DNA of 61,834 bases, counting the filler, from Chiloscyllium plagiosum (lineage: Eukaryota): assembly GCF_004010195.1 (NCBI RefSeq). It is 4 parts of one record of this genome, joined end to end, with 100 filler letters (N's around TTAATTAATTAA, not from the genome) between each part and the next. Parts side by side here need not be neighbours in the genome. Positions count along the whole stretch, not along the records: positions 49,515 to 61,834 come from NC_057715.1; 3 more parts are not named here. The stretch is one strand, 5' to 3'. Shown here piece after piece: positions 58,935-61,834 of this stretch. A program made the translations under genes and the position numbers. The notes under the pieces were generated by a model. That model did not search any database. It was given only the letters and a program-made list of their open reading frames with translations, and was not told where the DNA came from. Positions within the stretch are counted from its first letter, which is position 1; each line of letters begins with the position of its first letter.

Positions 58935-61834
58935 AAGTGGGAGGATTGGAAAGAGAAGTTGTTAAGATTGAGGACCAGTTCAGTCAGTCGAAGGAGAGTG
59001 TCAGTGGAAGGGTAGGGTACTGGTTGGTACGGCGGGAAAGGAAGAAGCGGAGGGCTTTGAGGCCTTCATGATGGGGAATGGAGGTGTATAGGGACTGGAT
59101 GTCCATGGTGAAGATAAGACGTTGGGGACTGGGGAAGCGAAAACAGTGGAGGAAGTGGAGGGCATGAGTGGTGTCCCGAACATAGGTGGGGAGTTCTTGG
59201 ACTAAGGGGGACAGGACCGTGTCGAGGTATGCGGAGATGAGTCGGTGGGGCAGGAGCAGGCTGAGACAATGGGTCGGCCGGGGCAGTCAGGTTTGTGGAT
59301 TTTGGGCAGGAGGTAGAAACGGGCGGTGCGGGGTTGTGGGACAATGAGGTTGGAGGCGGTGGATGGGAGATCCCCTGAGGTGATGAGGTTATGGATGGTC
59401 TGGGTGATGATGGTTTGATGGTGGGAGATGGGGTCATGGTCAAGGGGGCAGTAGGAGGAGATGTCCGCAAGCTGGCGTTTAGCCTCAGCGGTGTAAAGAT
59501 CGGTGCGCCAAACTACCACCGCGCCTCCCTTGTCTGTCGGTTTGATAGTGAGGTTGGATGGAGGGAGTGGAGAGCTGCATGTTCCGAGGGTGAGAGGTTG
59601 GAGTGGGTGAGAGGGGTGGAGAGGTTGAGGCAGTCAATGTCACGGTGGCAGTTGGCTATGAAGAGATCGAGGGCGGGTAAGAGGCCAGCACGGGGTGTCC
59701 AGGTCGATGGGGTGTGTTGGAGGCGTGAGAAGGGGTTGTCAGAGGGTGGGTGAGAATCCTGGGTGAAGAAGTAGGCACGGAGGCGAAGGCGGCGGGAGAA
59801 ATGCTCGATGTCTCGCCGCGTGTTGAACTCATTAATCCGAGAGCGTAGGGGGATGAAGGTGTGGCCTCTGCTGAGGACTGATCGTTCATCCTCAGAGAGG
59901 GGTAGGTCTGGAGGGATGGTGAAAATACAGCAGGGCTGGGAGCTAGGACCTGGTGTGGGGCTGGAGCTGGGAGTGGGGGCGGGGTTAGGCGCGGGGACGG
60001 GGATCAGCGCAGGGGCGGGGTTCGGCCCAGGGGCGGAGATCGGCGAGGGGGCGGGNNNNNNNNNNNNNNNNNNNNNNNNNNNNNNNNNNNNNNNNNNNNN
60101 NNNNNNNNNNNNNNNNNNNNNNNNNNNNNNNNNNNNNNNNNNNNNNNNNNNNNNNNNNNNNNNNNNNNNNNNNNNNNNNNNNNNNNNNNNNNNNNNNNNN
60201 NNNNNNNNNNNNNNNNNNNNNNNNNNNNNNNNNNNNNNNNNNNNNNNNNNNNNNNNNNNNNNNNNNNNNNNNNNNNNNNNNNNNNNNNNNNNNNNNNNNN
60301 NNNNNNNNNNNNNNNNNNNNNNNNNNNNNNNNNNNNNNNNNNNNNNNNNNNNNNNNNNNNNNNNNNNNNNNNNNNNNNNNNNNNNNNNNNNNNNNNNNNN
60401 NNNNNNNNNNNNNNNNNNNNNNNNNNNNNNNNNNNNNNNNNNNNNNNNNNNNNNNNNNNNNNNNNNNNNNNNNNNNNNNNNNNNNNNNNNNNNNNNNNNN
60501 NNNNNNNNNNNNNNNNNNNNNGAGGGTGAAAATACGGCAGGGCTGGGAGCTAGGACCTGGTGTGGGGCTGGAGCTGGGAGTGGGGCGGGGTTAGGCATGG
60601 GGCGGGGTTGGGCGTGGGGGCGGGAACCGGGGCAGGGACGGAGATCTGAGCGGGGTTGGGGTTCGACGTGGGGGCGGAGATCGGCGTGGGGCGGGGTTAG
60701 GCGTGCAAACGGAGATCGGCATGGGGCGGGGTTAGGCATGTGGACGGAGATCGGCGTGGGGTGGGGTTAGGCGTGATGGGGGGGAGGGGAGCGGGGGCAG
60801 AGACGCATGCGGCATGGTCATTGTGCAGGCGAGTGACGTCACTGGGGGCGGAAGTAGATGCTGCGACGGCAACTCCGGGGGCGGAAGTCGTTGTGGCGAC
60901 GGCAGAAGCGGTGTTGTTCACGGTGGCTGTGGACCCTGCGGAGGCCGCGAATATGTCGGGGATGGTCTTCCTGGCGATCGTGGAGGCGGTTGTCTGGGCG
61001 GCGATCACGGAGGCTGCATGGTTGGTGGGGGCGGAAGTGAAGTCATGGTTCGCGGCGGCGGGTTGCTGCAGCGGCCGCGTGGTTAATGGCGCCTGAGTGG
61101 TTCCGGAGGCCGATGGAAGATACTTGAACGGTTGAGGAATCCGGAGTGTGGGGGTAAGTACATGAAAGTTTTTGGTACTTACTGTCTTTAATTTCCGATA
61201 TGGCTAGGAAGAACTGTTTGTTTACTGTATGGATTCTTCTGTGGATGAAGAACAGTAAAGGTCCTTTACAGGTCTGTGAGAGTGTTGCCCTGAGCTGGGG
61301 TAGGTCGAGTTGCAGGGAATGTAGGTACCGGCGCATGGCTACAAGCGTGGAGCGGATGATTCGGAGGGAGGTCTGTTGCTGGAGGCTTCGGATTTGTTGT
61401 AGGTACTGGTTGTCCTGATTGGGTCCAAATTTTGTTGGTCTGAACATAGTCCGGAGTCCGTGCAGGGTCACTCGGTTCCGTAGACAGGTGCTGAGGAAGG
61501 AGATGTGGCTGTGGTAGCAAGTCTGTTTGAGGACGTGGCTGAAGAGCTTCCGGCCAGAGGAGATGACCTGGGGGGTGCAGTGAGAGAGGGACTCACTGAG
61601 ATCCTTGTAGAGGGAGAAGAGAGCTTCTTCAAGGAAGGCATCCTTTCAAGAGAATTCGCAGTAGGTTGAAATCTTTGAGGAGAAAGTGAGGTCTGCAGAT
61701 GCTGGTGATGTGTTGCTGGAAAAGCGCAGCAGGTGAGGCAGCATCAAAGGAGAAGGAGAATCGACGTTTCAGGCATGAGCCCTTCTTCAGGAATGAAGAG
61801 GGTGTGCCAAGCAGGCTTAGATAAAAGGTAGGGA
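58935..61834 (-). mobile_element. Young but frameshifted Neptune-type Penelope element: 5' pLTR, N-terminal domain, Pro-rich linker, RT N-half
   Basis: LSEDERSVLSRGHTFIP, FSRRLRLRAYF, SNLSPSEHAAL, DKGGAVVVW, TARFYLLPKIHKPDCPGRPIVS, MDIQSLYTSIPHHEGL. CpG-rich. Inferred start codon at 61641. Confidence 0.93.
61763..61790 (-). ncRNA. Minimal hammerhead motif in the 5' pLTR
   Basis: CTGAAGA-A-GGGC-tcat-GCCT-GAAA-CGTC on the minus strand. Confidence 0.65.

Noticed and set aside
61645..61647. In-frame TGA near the Neptune 5' end as possible selenocysteine or readthrough
   Set aside because: The sister copy near 52738 has TAC here, and the position lies upstream of the inferred ATG. It is an ordinary mutation.

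Overview
This is AT-rich, repeat-dense vertebrate genomic DNA. The HE1-type SINEs and the CR1/L2/Penelope repeat families point to an elasmobranch (shark); this is inferred from repeat content. One host coding exon is recognisable: a 126-bp internal TDRD3 exon on the minus strand (11373-11498). The rest is intronic or intergenic sequence filled with mobile-element debris: many CR1 and L2/CR1-clade LINE fragments, Rex1/Babar ends, tRNA-derived SINEs, two solo LTRs, a small two-LTR class I (epsilon-like) endogenous retrovirus with scrambled pol pieces (837-3550), fossil Harbinger Myb/SANT ORFs, and two families of Penelope-like elements (Neptune- and Poseidon-type). The most notable signal is about 15 minimal type I hammerhead ribozyme motifs in Penelope pseudo-LTRs. 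Many sit in tiny fold-back inserts with 12-16 bp TSDs. One insert has an exact 118-bp tandem double-hammerhead arrangement resembling a retrozyme (52446-52837). An inverted-repeat-flanked micro-inversion of an L2 fragment (51266-52385) is also visible. The N-gaps, three of which carry a TTAATTAATTAA linker, are assembly artefacts. Repeat boundaries are approximate unless a TSD is quoted.
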